From positions 1-55,082 of IMG/VR virus record IMGVR_UViG_3300025890_003136: 55,082 bases of DNA; one strand, 5' to 3'. The position numbers were made by a program, and so were the translations under genes. The notes under the pieces are model-generated. The model did not search any database. It worked only from the letters and a program-made list of their open reading frames with translations, and was not told the origin of the DNA. Shown here one piece after another: positions 1-10,674 of this stretch (positions within the stretch are counted from its first letter, which is position 1; each line of letters opens with the position of its first letter). The DNA is from a virus. Its lineage: Duplodnaviria > Caudoviricetes.

Positions 1-264
1 CTGTGCCGGAATAGTTAAGTTTGTTAATGCTGAACCATCTAATGCTGGTAAGTTACCAGATAACACCGAACTTGGTATTAAACTGTTAACAGCATCTACT
101 AGCAGTGTTGAATCATCTCCAAACACACTGCCTACTACATCTCTTCTTGTGTTGGTTACATCAAGTTCTGCAAAGTTATCGTTGATTTTTTTAAATGCTG
201 TTCTTAAAGGATCACCATCACCTTTGTTTGCACTTGTTCCAATGTTTATTGTTTGAATAGCCAT
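1..264 (-). CDS. Tail fibre/baseplate-associated structural protein (N-terminal part; runs off window)
   Basis: Hand translation MAIQTINIGTSANKGDGDPLRTAFKKINDNFAEL; T4 gp9/gp10-like N-terminal motif; ATG overlaps the upstream TAA (TAATG). Confidence 0.75.
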   Translation of the reverse strand, partial: MAIQTINIGTSANKGDGDPLRTAFKKINDNFAELDVTNTRRDVVGSVFGDDSTLLVDAVNSLIPSSVLSGNLPALDGSALTNLTIPAQ

Positions 265-3200
265 TATACTCTCCCTACCACTGCTTCAATTATGCCTGCA
301 CCTGCAGTCACTTTTCTTTGCAGTGCTTTACCGATCACTGTTCCTGTTGATGCATCATTGTTTCTTCTTGCATAACCTGGTGTTGTTGAACTAACCAAAA
401 GGTCACCTTTTTCTATTATGCCTATGACCTTCACAGTGGTTCTTCCAGTTAATGCAACTGCTGTCACATGATCGCCGTGTAATTTACTGTTCATCAAGTA
501 TGCCGGTTTGTCTGAAACAACTCCAGCAACTCTTGTGTCGTTTTTCAATGTTGTTGTGGAAACTTCTGCATCTCCACCAAATATTAAAACTGTACCAACA
601 TCATAAGTGTTGTCTGCAAGATAATTCTCAGCCAAGTCAGCATATTGAGCCTTAGTGGCAATACCATCAAATGTTTCTGCATACACAGTTTTGTATCGTT
701 TGCCGGATGATGAACCAATATCCATGTTGTCATCACCAGGTATTAAACCTTGTGGTGTTGCAATTACTGGAACCACACCATCTGCCACAAAAGCCACTTG
801 ACCTTCTGAAGATTCGTCTAGTCCCACAATGTATGGATTATCATTTCCTAATGCTAGTCCTGTAAAGTTAGCACCTTTACCTTGTGATTCAATAAATTTT
901 GTGTAGATATAAGTTGAAGCCAACGCAGGATCTGTGTTTTGATTTGCTCCATTGTTGTTGCTTGGTGATGTTGCCGCACTTGCTCCACCAAATCCAAATT
1001 CGTTTCCTGTGAAAGTCTGTACTGTGTTTGCTGATGCAGATCCAATTGCTGTGTAAACTGTGACTCCACCTGGAGTTGTAACTTCTAAAGTTGAACTGTC
1101 AATATCAAAAACTAAATTGCCGTCTATTGCCAATGAACTGACATCTAATTGTCCTGCGGCATCAGTTTTTGTGATACTGTTTGCTTCACCTGTGCTAGAA
1201 ACATTGGTGTATGCATAAGTGTTGACACCTGTTTTAATCAGTGCATTGCCTGGATCAGCCGCCGCTCCTATTTCACTAACAAAATCTCCATCTTCTAGTC
1301 CACCACCTGTTCCAACTATTGTTGAAAATGAAACTGCCTCTGGTGCACCTGTTCCTGCTGTGGATCTACCAAATGCGAATGCGTTATCTAATTCAGGTAA
1401 ATCAGCAAAATCAACTGAGGCACTTTTCAGTGTTACCCAACCATTTGTTACTGTGAAGTCTCCTGAATCAAAACTTACTAATCCTAAATCTGCCTGTGTA
1501 ATTCCTGTGTCATTGGCTCTTGTGGTTGCCGCCTGCATTGCCAATTTACTTTGACTGATTGCGGCAGTTGCCGATACATCTGCATTTATAATTGTTCCTG
1601 CGTTAATTTGATAGTTGATTGTTGTTTGTGAATTCGTTCTTGAAGCAGTAACAGTTATGTCAGAGCCAGCATCTAAAATTCCATTACCTATTTCATCAAT
1701 GCCTCTATCAATTACATTGGCTGTAACACCTGCACCATTATCTATTAAATCATTAAGATTGAAATCTGCAACAGAAGTTTGATTGTATGAGATTCTTGTG
1801 GCCAATCCATATCCTGGAACTGTTTCTTGAATTAAATCATAGATAACCGCTGTTGCCCCTGAATTGCTTCCAGTGATTGTGTTCCCTCCTGCAAATTGTC
1901 CACCGTCTGCTGGTGATGTGTAAATTCTTTTTGCTCCATTGAATACCAACATTTGTCCTGATGATATTGGAGTTGAAATGTTTACATCTCTATTGTCTAT
2001 TAATTCATCTGTGTCGTAGTTGACTTGGTCAACATATGATTTTGTTGCCGCATCTTGATCCTGACTAGGATCTTGTAAATTTGTAATTTTATATCCACCT
2101 GCACCAATGTTGTCTGTGAATGGAGTAGAACCATCTCTTGCCACAACACCTGGACCAATTGGATTGGTTACCAATTGACCTTGTTGATCAAAATGCAATC
2201 TTCTGTTTGTGTATCCTCTAACAGCAGATTCAGTTGGCACTGTGTCAGAAGCATTGTCAGTCATTGCTGTGTCAGATGAAAATTCTGCAACAACAACACC
2301 ACGTTTAAATCCAATACCATCCAAATTACTCAATGCAATTGATGCCGAGAATGTTACACTTCCTGTACCTTGGTCAACTGTGAAAAATTTACCTACTCTA
2401 AAGAATCCGTCTTGGTCAGTTGAAACATAAAACACTCTTCCTTTTCCACGTTCATCAACTTCTTGTGCTTGTACTGGTGCTTGTGGATCACCAAATACCA
2501 CATTAGGATAGTTTGTTGTGTTGAACCCACCTGTTCCAATATCTAAGAAATCGTGTCCAGTGGCTCTACAAGTTGAAATGGACACAGTCAAAGTTCCTGT
2601 TTCCAATGCCGCCAGGTTTGCTCTTAAATTTACAGACGCACCTGCTCTGTACATAGAACTGTGTAGACCTGTTCCTATTGGAGTGGCATTGATGTCACTC
2701 ACATCTTGAATTGTGATTGTGGCATATGTGACTCTGTCTGTGTAACCTGTAACTCTGTGAACTTTTCCATCCCAACCAAATATCATGTCACCAGCATTAA
2801 TTCTATCAATGTCTGATTGTTGTGTTACTAAGTCGATAGCAATCACAACATCACCAGCAGTGTCACCCATTGTGGTACCTGATCCTGCATATGTGTTGTT
2901 GACGACTTCATCCATGTTTACATTCATTTTTACAGTGTCGTATGGTGCATCAATTCCTATAATTGCCGCACCCGATGGTAAAGGAATTCCAACTGGGTCA
3001 TTGCTTTGGAAAGATACACTTCTGTAAACAGCCGCAGTGTATTCATCAAACACAATTGCTGTGGAAGGTCTTGTAGGTGAAACGTCTTCTAAATCATTAA
3101 ATCTAAATGTTCTGCTGGATCTTATGATCACTGTCATTCCATCAACAAGAGGTGCTTTAAGTCCTGTTGTTGAAGTTAAATTTGAACCACCTGTTCCCAA

Positions 3201-6200
3201 ATTAATTTTGTAAACTGTGCCATCTCTTGTGGCTGGTTGTGAAGGTGCTGTGGTTGTTTCAATATTTGTAACTTCATATCTCACAATACCTATTGATCCA
3301 CCATGATCAATTTCTATCTCTGATTGTTGATACGGAATGTAATCCACATCATACACATAAACTGCTGTGCCTAAAAGTGGTTGATCATAATCTGTAGATC
3401 CATCATCAAACACCATTGCTTGTTGAGTCATGTTGTTTGCCAATGTGATGGCGTCAATTTTTTCATTAGGATTAGAACCTTCAGCAACTAATCCGTAATC
3501 ACCGTGTGCAGAAGAACAATTCAATGCACGAATTTGTCCACCGTTGTTTGCATACATGGCAATGTGAGTGTAGTATGTGAAAGTGGATACCTGTTCTGAT
3601 AAGCCACCATTGGTAGCAACAAGTCCATATGCTAAATCATTTATCTGTACAAAGTCATTGGCAAGTAATGATCTATTACCTGCTGTTTGAATTATTATGT
3701 TGTAAGGTGTTGCATAAGTTCCGTCCCAACCGTTGCCTGCATTAGAACCAGGTGCTAATAACAATGTGGCTGTTCCAGCACTTTGATCGTAATCTGTGAT
3801 TGCCGCAACTTGATATCTTGCTCCCAGTATGTAGAATGGACAAGGTGTTTGTGGTTTACGTAAAAATAATCCAGTGCCAGCCGCCGATGAAACTTGAAGG
3901 TTGAATGCATTGGTAACTCCTGTGACTGCTGTTTGTACGTTACCTGCGTAACCATCAACATACATACCACCTCTGAATTTTTTAGTGTTTGCACTCTGTG
4001 AAAAAGAAGATCCTGTTTGTGTGTATGGAGATTTTGTAAGCACTTGACCATTTGGATCTAGAACTTCAGCAAAACCACCATGTGCTTGGAAAGTAATATT
4101 TCTAACAACAGAAGCATCGTTCATTAAGAACACATCCATTTCACTATTGTTTATGGCTGTGTTGTATGCAGGGTCATTGCTTGGAACTGTTGTGTTGATT
4201 GGTTTTGTTACATCGTCTGCATAATGATATCCGTATTCTTGTGTGCCAATTGTTAAACTGTCAAAAGTTGTGTTTCTAAAGAAATAAACATTGGCCCATG
4301 GAGATTGTGAAATACCATCCAATGGTCTGATTATAGTTCTTCTAAATTCGTCTCCTTTTATTGAAACGTTTGCTGGAATCTTAATTGGTAAATGTTCATC
4401 ATAAATTCCTGATTCTACTCTGATTGTGATCTGTTTGTTTTTAACTTTGTTACCAAATTCCATTTCTTCACCAACGGTGAAATTAATTGGCTCTCTTAAA
4501 AATATCTGCACAGTGTCATTGGTTCCACCTGCTGTGATTGAAACTATTTCTCCTTTTGCTCCTGAAGTTTTACCTACGATAATTTTTCCTGGAACCAAGT
4601 CTTTGTTGTTTGGTTGATTTTGATCTACAAATCCTGTATTACCATTTGAAATTGTTATGGTGTATGTGCTTCCATCCACCTGTGTCACTATGTAATTGTA
4701 ATCTTGTATTATTCCTTTTATAATGATAAATTTTGCATTGGCAGAATCTTTACCTGATTGAGGAACCACTTTAGTTAGATCAATTGTTTGTGCAACATCA
4801 GTCTGATACAAAGTACCAGGTGCTGTGTTGGTCAATACAAAATTAACCACTAAATTTTGAGCAAATGTGATTGATGCTAATGTTTCAGTTGCTTGTTGAT
4901 TGATTGCTTTTAGTCCACTGTTGCTGTTGTAATATCTTTTTCCTGCTTGGATAGATTGTTGATTTGCTGTTAAACCACTTGTAACGTCAAGCACCACAGC
5001 ATCAGCAATTAATCCTAAATCTCTTTCACACAATGTTGTATCATATGAAAAATTTGGATACGTGGCATTTATGTAAGCAATAGTTTCTTTAATAATAAAC
5101 TGTCTGTTGGATGCCATTAAAGATTCTAATTGTGTTTGTCCTGATGGCGTTGTTATTCCTGCTGTGACAACTGCTGAATTACTAGCACCATTGTTGTAGG
5201 TTATTACCTGAGTGTATGGTCCTGTTTCAAATGGAGCCGTGTCAATAATTTGTTCTGCTCTTTGAGCCGCTTTGGAAATAGTTTTATAAGCATATGCTAA
5301 TGATCTACCATATTTGTCAGCAGGTACTCCTGACATAGTGTCATCACCATCTTGACTCACAAATAAATTTGTTGTAGAAGCATATGATGTTGTGTCAACA
5401 TAAAATTTAGAAGCCGCTTGTAAATCGTCAGCACCATTTGGAGTTCCTGTTCCTGCTAAATCTCCTGGATGATCATTTAGGAAAAGAGATCCTGTCATGG
5501 TGTCACCTTGACGTCTTACTGCTGATGTTCTCTGTATTGCTTCTGTTGAAAGATAATTTCCTGAAAGTGAACTGTTGTATGCTCCGTCAGTTACTGTTTG
5601 AACACCGGTTCCACCTGACACTGTGATTGTGATTCTTGTTGCATCATTGTCGTTGGTTGCTTCTGCTGATGATGTGTGCAAAGAAATTGTGTTTGCATCA
5701 ACATATCTAATATAATAATTTTGTCCACTTGTAACATTGTTGGCATCTGTTCCTGTAGAATTATAAACAAACGGTAAGCCATTCGATGTTGTTGAGAATC
5801 CGTGTGATGGAATATTTAAATTTCCACTTACATATGCTGAAATTGTTTTTGTGTATTCTGTTGCATCAGAAGGTTCTGTACGAACTCTAACTTCACCAGC
5901 AACACCACCGACACCTGAACTTCTTAAATATCTTCTGTCAGCATATCCTTTATCAATAACTAAATCATCTTGAGTGATGTTTGTGCCATGGGCACTGTTG
6001 AAATCATCTACCACTGTTTGATTAATGCCTACGTTACCGATAGCATATGTGTTGGCATTTAATGGACCACCCAAGTCGGGTGTTGTGTCAGTTGATAAAT
6101 TGATAGAATCAACTGTTAATAAAAGATTGTTAGGATCTGTGAAATCTACTGAAATACCTGTTCCAGCAATTCCTTTCATTGTGATGGCAGTTCCTGCTGA

Positions 6201-6395
6201 ATTGGTTACAGGAATTTTATCTGCACCTAATGTATCAGGTGTATCACTTAATGAAGTGAAACCTATCTGTCCACCTTGTCCAAATACAGCATATAATTCT
6301 GTAAAATTTTCATTGGATTTATTGAACGCATCTCTGATACTATCACCTGTACCATCGTTCCCTTCTATACCAATATTAATAAACTGTTTAGCCAT
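264..6395 (-). CDS. Giant tail fibre/baseplate structural protein (2043 aa) with C-terminal autocleaving chaperone-like domain
   Basis: N-terminal INIG..NDGTGDSIRDAFNKSNENFTELY motif; G/T/N/S-rich; DAATKSYVD fibre motif; C-terminal AQYADLAENY..GTVLIFGG (peptidase G2/IMC-like). Confidence 0.8.
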   Translation of the reverse strand: MAKQFINIGIEGNDGTGDSIRDAFNKSNENFTELYAVFGQGGQIGFTSLSDTPDTLGADKIPVTNSAGTAITMKGIAGTGISVDFTDPNNLLLTVDSINLSTDTTPDLGGPLNANTYAIGNVGINQTVVDDFNSAHGTNITQDDLVIDKGYADRRYLRSSGVGGVAGEVRVRTEPSDATEYTKTISAYVSGNLNIPSHGFSTTSNGLPFVYNSTGTDANNVTSGQNYYIRYVDANTISLHTSSAEATNDNDATRITITVSGGTGVQTVTDGAYNSSLSGNYLSTEAIQRTSAVRRQGDTMTGSLFLNDHPGDLAGTGTPNGADDLQAASKFYVDTTSYASTTNLFVSQDGDDTMSGVPADKYGRSLAYAYKTISKAAQRAEQIIDTAPFETGPYTQVITYNNGASNSAVVTAGITTPSGQTQLESLMASNRQFIIKETIAYINATYPNFSYDTTLCERDLGLIADAVVLDVTSGLTANQQSIQAGKRYYNSNSGLKAINQQATETLASITFAQNLVVNFVLTNTAPGTLYQTDVAQTIDLTKVVPQSGKDSANAKFIIIKGIIQDYNYIVTQVDGSTYTITISNGNTGFVDQNQPNNKDLVPGKIIVGKTSGAKGEIVSITAGGTNDTVQIFLREPINFTVGEEMEFGNKVKNKQITIRVESGIYDEHLPIKIPANVSIKGDEFRRTIIRPLDGISQSPWANVYFFRNTTFDSLTIGTQEYGYHYADDVTKPINTTVPSNDPAYNTAINNSEMDVFLMNDASVVRNITFQAHGGFAEVLDPNGQVLTKSPYTQTGSSFSQSANTKKFRGGMYVDGYAGNVQTAVTGVTNAFNLQVSSAAGTGLFLRKPQTPCPFYILGARYQVAAITDYDQSAGTATLLLAPGSNAGNGWDGTYATPYNIIIQTAGNRSLLANDFVQINDLAYGLVATNGGLSEQVSTFTYYTHIAMYANNGGQIRALNCSSAHGDYGLVAEGSNPNEKIDAITLANNMTQQAMVFDDGSTDYDQPLLGTAVYVYDVDYIPYQQSEIEIDHGGSIGIVRYEVTNIETTTAPSQPATRDGTVYKINLGTGGSNLTSTTGLKAPLVDGMTVIIRSSRTFRFNDLEDVSPTRPSTAIVFDEYTAAVYRSVSFQSNDPVGIPLPSGAAIIGIDAPYDTVKMNVNMDEVVNNTYAGSGTTMGDTAGDVVIAIDLVTQQSDIDRINAGDMIFGWDGKVHRVTGYTDRVTYATITIQDVSDINATPIGTGLHSSMYRAGASVNLRANLAALETGTLTVSISTCRATGHDFLDIGTGGFNTTNYPNVVFGDPQAPVQAQEVDERGKGRVFYVSTDQDGFFRVGKFFTVDQGTGSVTFSASIALSNLDGIGFKRGVVVAEFSSDTAMTDNASDTVPTESAVRGYTNRRLHFDQQGQLVTNPIGPGVVARDGSTPFTDNIGAGGYKITNLQDPSQDQDAATKSYVDQVNYDTDELIDNRDVNISTPISSGQMLVFNGAKRIYTSPADGGQFAGGNTITGSNSGATAVIYDLIQETVPGYGLATRISYNQTSVADFNLNDLIDNGAGVTANVIDRGIDEIGNGILDAGSDITVTASRTNSQTTINYQINAGTIINADVSATAAISQSKLAMQAATTRANDTGITQADLGLVSFDSGDFTVTNGWVTLKSASVDFADLPELDNAFAFGRSTAGTGAPEAVSFSTIVGTGGGLEDGDFVSEIGAAADPGNALIKTGVNTYAYTNVSSTGEANSITKTDAAGQLDVSSLAIDGNLVFDIDSSTLEVTTPGGVTVYTAIGSASANTVQTFTGNEFGFGGASAATSPSNNNGANQNTDPALASTYIYTKFIESQGKGANFTGLALGNDNPYIVGLDESSEGQVAFVADGVVPVIATPQGLIPGDDNMDIGSSSGKRYKTVYAETFDGIATKAQYADLAENYLADNTYDVGTVLIFGGDAEVSTTTLKNDTRVAGVVSDKPAYLMNSKLHGDHVTAVALTGRTTVKVIGIIEKGDLLVSSTTPGYARRNNDASTGTVIGKALQRKVTAGAGIIEAVVGRV

Positions 6396-6738
6396 TTACC
6401 CTATCCATATCAAATTGAATACTTTCTCCACAACCACAAGCACTCTTGGTGTTTGGATTGTTGATTTGAAACTGTGAACCAAATACTTCGTCGACGTAAT
6501 CAATTTCAGTTCCAAACAAGAACATCACACTACTGGTATCTACCACTAATTTTCCACCATCTACTTCGATCAGTTCGTCTCCTGATTCAATTTGAGATTG
6601 ATCAGCAAAACTCCAATCATAGGAAAAACCAGCACATCCACCGCCTTTAATACCCAATCTTACAGCATACTTGCTGTTTTTTTCGCACAATGCTTTAATC
6701 TGTGTTTGTGCAGTGCTCGTCAGTGTTAAAATAGCCAT
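6388..6738 (-). CDS. iscA: A-type Fe-S carrier (HesB/IscA/ErpA family)
   Basis: GGGCAGFSY and NPN..SACGCGES motifs with three conserved Cys. Confidence 0.92.
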   Translation of the reverse strand: MAILTLTSTAQTQIKALCEKNSKYAVRLGIKGGGCAGFSYDWSFADQSQIESGDELIEVDGGKLVVDTSSVMFLFGTEIDYVDEVFGSQFQINNPNTKSACGCGESIQFDMDRVNG

Positions 6739-6800
6739 AATGTAATGTTGTCGTTTGTTGTATTTATGGAAATTTTATAAATGCTAATGTAAATACCTAT

Positions 6801-7088
6801 ATGTATTTAGGTGAAAAAACAGTAGAATCAAAGACAGAACGTGTGAGCAAACTAGGTGTGAAACACCAATGCAAACGCACTAAAACGTTTCATGTCTTCA
6901 AATGTGATGCGTGTGAGAAAGAATTTAAAAGAGCCAAAGGCAAAGTTGAAAAAAAGCGTCTATCTACTTTTTATAAACACGTGTGTTCTGAATGCGACCC
7001 AAAACGTTTTGCTCAACAACAAGGTGTAAAACAAAGACAGGTTTTGGGCATGAATGCATCCAGCGATATTCCTATCAGTAAATTGTGA
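6801..7088 (+). CDS. Small basic Zn-finger protein
   Basis: CDAC...CSEC; TAAATA just upstream of ATG. Confidence 0.6.
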   Translation: MYLGEKTVESKTERVSKLGVKHQCKRTKTFHVFKCDACEKEFKRAKGKVEKKRLSTFYKHVCSECDPKRFAQQQGVKQRQVLGMNASSDIPISKL

Positions 7089-7262
7089 TTATTCTGATTT
7101 CCAAATAGTCCAACCACCATACACAATTGCCGCATAAGCAACAATCGAAGCAATAGGTTTGAATATTAAGAATGAAATTCCTGCCGCAATTAAAAGAGCA
7201 CCATCTAGTGTTGTTCTTTCTTTGATTCTGGCATTAATCCATTTTTGTACTTGATTGATCAT
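7089..7262 (-). CDS. Small membrane protein, 57 aa (not in ORF track)
   Basis: MINQVQKWINARIKERTTLDGALLIAAGISFLIFKPIASIVAYAAIVYGGWTIWKSE; AAGGAG SD; two hydrophobic segments. Confidence 0.7.
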   Translation of the reverse strand: MINQVQKWINARIKERTTLDGALLIAAGISFLIFKPIASIVAYAAIVYGGWTIWKSE

Positions 7263-7277
7263 ATTAGTCTCCTTTTT

Positions 7278-7832
7278 TTAAGATTGTAGTCTTAAATTTA
7301 TTGACTCCCAATTAATTATTCTCATCATGCCTTCTATATATTTTTTCTTGGCATCTTTTGCAGGCACATAATCCGAAAATGAATGTTCCCACATATCTAC
7401 AGGCATTAGAATGTCTGTTCTATATGATTGATTTGGTGTAGTTTTGATGTTACCATTTTTGGCAACATACACCCAGCCTGAACCTTGTATGGTCATTGCT
7501 GATCTAATTAATTCTTTTTTGAATGCTTCAAATGATTCGTGTTTTGATTCTATTAAAGTTTTGATTTCACCAGTTGGTTTATTACCTGGACGAGGTGCTT
7601 GTAATTGTAACCAAAACATATTGTGAAGTTTTGCTCCACCGTAATTAAAATCTGCATCACCTTCACCATCATTGTATCTTCTCACGTATGCTTTGGTTAA
7701 TACATTGTAATGATAATCGATATTTGCTTCAGATAATACAGGTGATAGTTCTTTCATTTTGAAAGGCAGTTTTACCACTTCTAGTTTTGATTCTCTATTT
7801 TGTTTTGATTCAGTAAGGTGTTCTAGTTTCAT
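7278..7832 (-). CDS. sod: Fe/Mn superoxide dismutase
   Basis: DYHY, GGAKLHNMFW, QGSGW, DMWEH: four metal ligands (H,H,D,H) present. Confidence 0.88.
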   Translation of the reverse strand: MKLEHLTESKQNRESKLEVVKLPFKMKELSPVLSEANIDYHYNVLTKAYVRRYNDGEGDADFNYGGAKLHNMFWLQLQAPRPGNKPTGEIKTLIESKHESFEAFKKELIRSAMTIQGSGWVYVAKNGNIKTTPNQSYRTDILMPVDMWEHSFSDYVPAKDAKKKYIEGMMRIINWESINLRLQS

Positions 7833-7846
7833 AACGATATTTATCG

Positions 7847-8890
7847 TTATACTAAACCCAACTCAACAGCCTGATTGTGTAAATCTTCCGCCGCTTGATT
7901 CTTCATCTTGGCTTCAACTTGTATGTCTAGTTGCGGTAGAAAACTCAATGCCCATTCATTTACAGCACGATTTGGTAATCGTTCGCTGTGTGCTCTCAAT
8001 TTTTGTTTCTTACAACCTTTAGATAAAAGTGTTTCCATGTCATGAAAACCTTCATGCATTTTTCCATCTGGATAAGCAGGAGTCAACCATTCATCTCTTG
8101 AATAAGAATAGTGCATAGTAGGTCTAACACCACGCCATGAGTCCACAACTCTTTTAACTCTGTCGTCTGTGGCTTGTAGATATTCTCCTGTACGTACCCA
8201 ATGATGATGTATGTCTAGTACCAAGGCACAGTGTTTCTCTAATTCCAAACTGGATTCTAATCCCCAACCCATTTCGTCATTCTCTATGGTGATCAAGTTT
8301 CTTGCTTCAGGCGACAATCTAGGTAATGCTTTTATGATTCCTTCTGGACCTTGTCTACCAGAGATGTGTACATTAATTTTACAACCATCTTGAAATGATT
8401 TACCAAATCCCATCCAACGTGCCATGTTCACATGATATTCAAATTCATCTATGCTACGATCCACAATGTCTGGAGTTTCCGATGCAAGTACAGTAAATTG
8501 TCCTGGGTGGAAACTGATCTTTACATCATGCAATCTTGCCAAGTCGCCTGCTTCAGCAAAATGTTTTTCACAATATTTTATTATCTCGGGTTTGTCCCAA
8601 TAGTATCTCCAATCAGCCTGCGTTGCTACAGGTAATATGGGAGATGAAATTCTACACATACGTCTGCTTTTAGGCAGTGTGGAAACTTTAAGGATTAAAT
8701 TTTTAATACCTTGTATGTTGTGTTTGAATACAAAATCTAGTTTTGCTTCTGCTTCGTCTTTGTGTTCATTTAACCAACGCACAGTAGTTGAACGTGTGTT
8801 CATTGGTCTTTCAATTTCTTCTAATTGTTTCTTTTTAAGAGTTCTATCATGGTGAAACCATTGACAGCAAAATCCAATACGTCTAGTCAT
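7847..8890 (-). CDS. uvsE: UV damage endonuclease (UvsE/UVDE)
   Basis: RISS, SFHPGQF, IENDE, LDIHHH, RAHS, QVEAKMK motifs. Confidence 0.9.
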   Translation of the reverse strand: MTRRIGFCCQWFHHDRTLKKKQLEEIERPMNTRSTTVRWLNEHKDEAEAKLDFVFKHNIQGIKNLILKVSTLPKSRRMCRISSPILPVATQADWRYYWDKPEIIKYCEKHFAEAGDLARLHDVKISFHPGQFTVLASETPDIVDRSIDEFEYHVNMARWMGFGKSFQDGCKINVHISGRQGPEGIIKALPRLSPEARNLITIENDEMGWGLESSLELEKHCALVLDIHHHWVRTGEYLQATDDRVKRVVDSWRGVRPTMHYSYSRDEWLTPAYPDGKMHEGFHDMETLLSKGCKKQKLRAHSERLPNRAVNEWALSFLPQLDIQVEAKMKNQAAEDLHNQAVELGLV

Positions 8891-8895
8891 GCTTT

Positions 8896-8924
8896 ATTAT
8901 AACACAAATTTTGGTAGTTGTCAA
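8896..8924 (-). promoter_or_regulatory. Sigma70 consensus promoter, probably leaderless uvsE mRNA
   Basis: TTGACA-17 bp-TATAAT, then 5 nt to ATG; no SD. Confidence 0.8.
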
Positions 8925-9496
8925 ACATACATTGTATTGAAACTAATGGTTATTCTTTCATCAGTTTGATTAGGATTGGTGTAATGTTCTAACCAACTAG
9001 GAAATAGATATAATGCACCTTGTTCACAAGGGACTTCAACATTTTTTAAATTATATTCTGTGTTCTTTACAAAGAACTCATGCATTCTATAAGGATCTGT
9101 TGGACTTTTAAAATTTAAGCCTGCACTGTCCTTGTCTGCTTTCACATAATATGCCGCACTCAATACACTGACTTCATGTCTGTGTAAATTTACAGATTGT
9201 CCTTTTTGTAAAATATTAAACCAACTCATACTAATTTTAATATTATTGCCTAAACCAATCTTATCACAATACACTTCAACAGCCTTTTGAAAATCTGCTT
9301 TTAAGTCTTTTAAATCTTCGTGGTCTAAAATGTGTTTGTCACTTTTCATGTAACTGCTTTGAGCTCCAGATACCAGTGCATGTGATCCTGTGTCCCATGT
9401 TTTAATTAATTCTAACAGTTTAGCATTATCTTTGTGACTGGCAAAATCAAATTTTAACACAGGCGTAGGGAACATATTTGCTATGTTGTAATTCAT
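8921..9496 (-). CDS. 2OG-Fe(II) oxygenase (TIGR02466-like)
   Basis: FPTP, SWFN, HRH, LFPSWLEH, RITISFN; start moved to ATG 9496 (ATGA overlap). Confidence 0.85.
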   Translation of the reverse strand: MNYNIANMFPTPVLKFDFASHKDNAKLLELIKTWDTGSHALVSGAQSSYMKSDKHILDHEDLKDLKADFQKAVEVYCDKIGLGNNIKISMSWFNILQKGQSVNLHRHEVSVLSAAYYVKADKDSAGLNFKSPTDPYRMHEFFVKNTEYNLKNVEVPCEQGALYLFPSWLEHYTNPNQTDERITISFNTMYV

Positions 9497-10206
9497 TTCC
9501 AATTCTCCTTGCACCAGGGATCCTGGCAATGTTTAGGTTGGGGATCTCCATGAAATACAGCAATGGATGTTTGTGGATGTATCTTTGGTACTCCTGGTGA
9601 AATAAAATCTTTTAATCCATCTTTGTTTCGCACCATTGGTGGCTTGCCACGCATCTCCCATTTGTAACTCATTATCCATTCATCGGGCCAAAAATTAAAA
9701 TCATTTTTTACTTGAGCATACAGCCAATCTTGATCTCCATGAAACCTACGCACAGGTGCGGCTGGATTTTTTATAAAGTCTCTGTAAATTTGTGGATGTT
9801 GTCCAATGTTCCATCTTACCACACTGCTGTTGAATCTATCCCATTTAGGATTATTACATCTATTGAAATCTCTTATTACACAAAATTCATTGGGTTTGTA
9901 AGTTAACAAATTGTCAATGCTTCTAAACACTATCACATCAAGATCAATGTATAGAACAGTGCCTTGTGGGTCTTCCAAAGGTAAACTGGGATTGAATAAT
10001 AGAGGTTTGTGCCACCAACCATTTACACCATAACTTTGTGCAATAGGCATAACTCTCACAGAACTGTTTAGTCCTGTTGGATTTTCTGTAAAGCAAACAA
10101 ATTCAAATGGCAAAGTGCAATACCTACGCACCATTTGTTCCAGTGTATTCACATACTCCGGACCGTACTTGTTACCCCATTTTAAACAAACAATGTAATT
10201 GATCAT
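9493..10206 (-). CDS. GT-A fold glycosyltransferase
   Basis: CLKWGNKY, YIDLD (DxD), FNSS, GDQD, FHGDPQP. Confidence 0.8.
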   Translation of the reverse strand: MINYIVCLKWGNKYGPEYVNTLEQMVRRYCTLPFEFVCFTENPTGLNSSVRVMPIAQSYGVNGWWHKPLLFNPSLPLEDPQGTVLYIDLDVIVFRSIDNLLTYKPNEFCVIRDFNRCNNPKWDRFNSSVVRWNIGQHPQIYRDFIKNPAAPVRRFHGDQDWLYAQVKNDFNFWPDEWIMSYKWEMRGKPPMVRNKDGLKDFISPGVPKIHPQTSIAVFHGDPQPKHCQDPWCKENWK

Positions 10207-10655
10207 TAGCCTTCATAGATTGCTGAGTTGGCTCCATGCTCAGCACATTCAACTTTTACAACATAACATCTATTGTCTGTTGCTTCACGTATAAGTTTGT
10301 CTGCAAAGTTAAAGGCGTGTTCCGCAAATTTTTCTGCACCAACACCATCAAACATTCTAATATCTGCCAAGTCCAATGCTTCAAGTTCTTTAAATTTTTC
10401 TAAATGTGGATCATTAACATCCAAACAAAGTTTGTGATCAAATGAATCTGCCAACCATGCCTTCAATGGTTTCAGTCCTCCAAAGTCCACAGCCCAGTTT
10501 TTATTGTCTAATTTATCACATCCAAACGTGAATGTAAATGCTAAACTGTATCCATGTAAAAAATGGCAATGCGAATGATCTGCGTTAGGTTGTCTGAACA
10601 CTGCTGATAAACCAATGTTGTGTCCATAATGTTTTGTGCTGTAATGTTTTGCCAA
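10206..10655 (-). CDS. queD: 6-carboxytetrahydropterin/6-pyruvoyl-tetrahydropterin synthase
   Basis: CHFLHGY, VDFGGLK, FDH, GAE, C-terminal EHGANSA; TTG start with AGGAG SD. Confidence 0.85.
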   Translation of the reverse strand: MAKHYSTKHYGHNIGLSAVFRQPNADHSHCHFLHGYSLAFTFTFGCDKLDNKNWAVDFGGLKPLKAWLADSFDHKLCLDVNDPHLEKFKELEALDLADIRMFDGVGAEKFAEHAFNFADKLIREATDNRCYVVKVECAEHGANSAIYEG

Positions 10656-10674
10656 TGTAATCTCCTAGTTAAGT

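Noticed and set aside
7831-7850. Fur box at the SOD promoter
   Set aside because: Half-sites resemble Fur, but the spacing does not fit the 9-1-9 consensus
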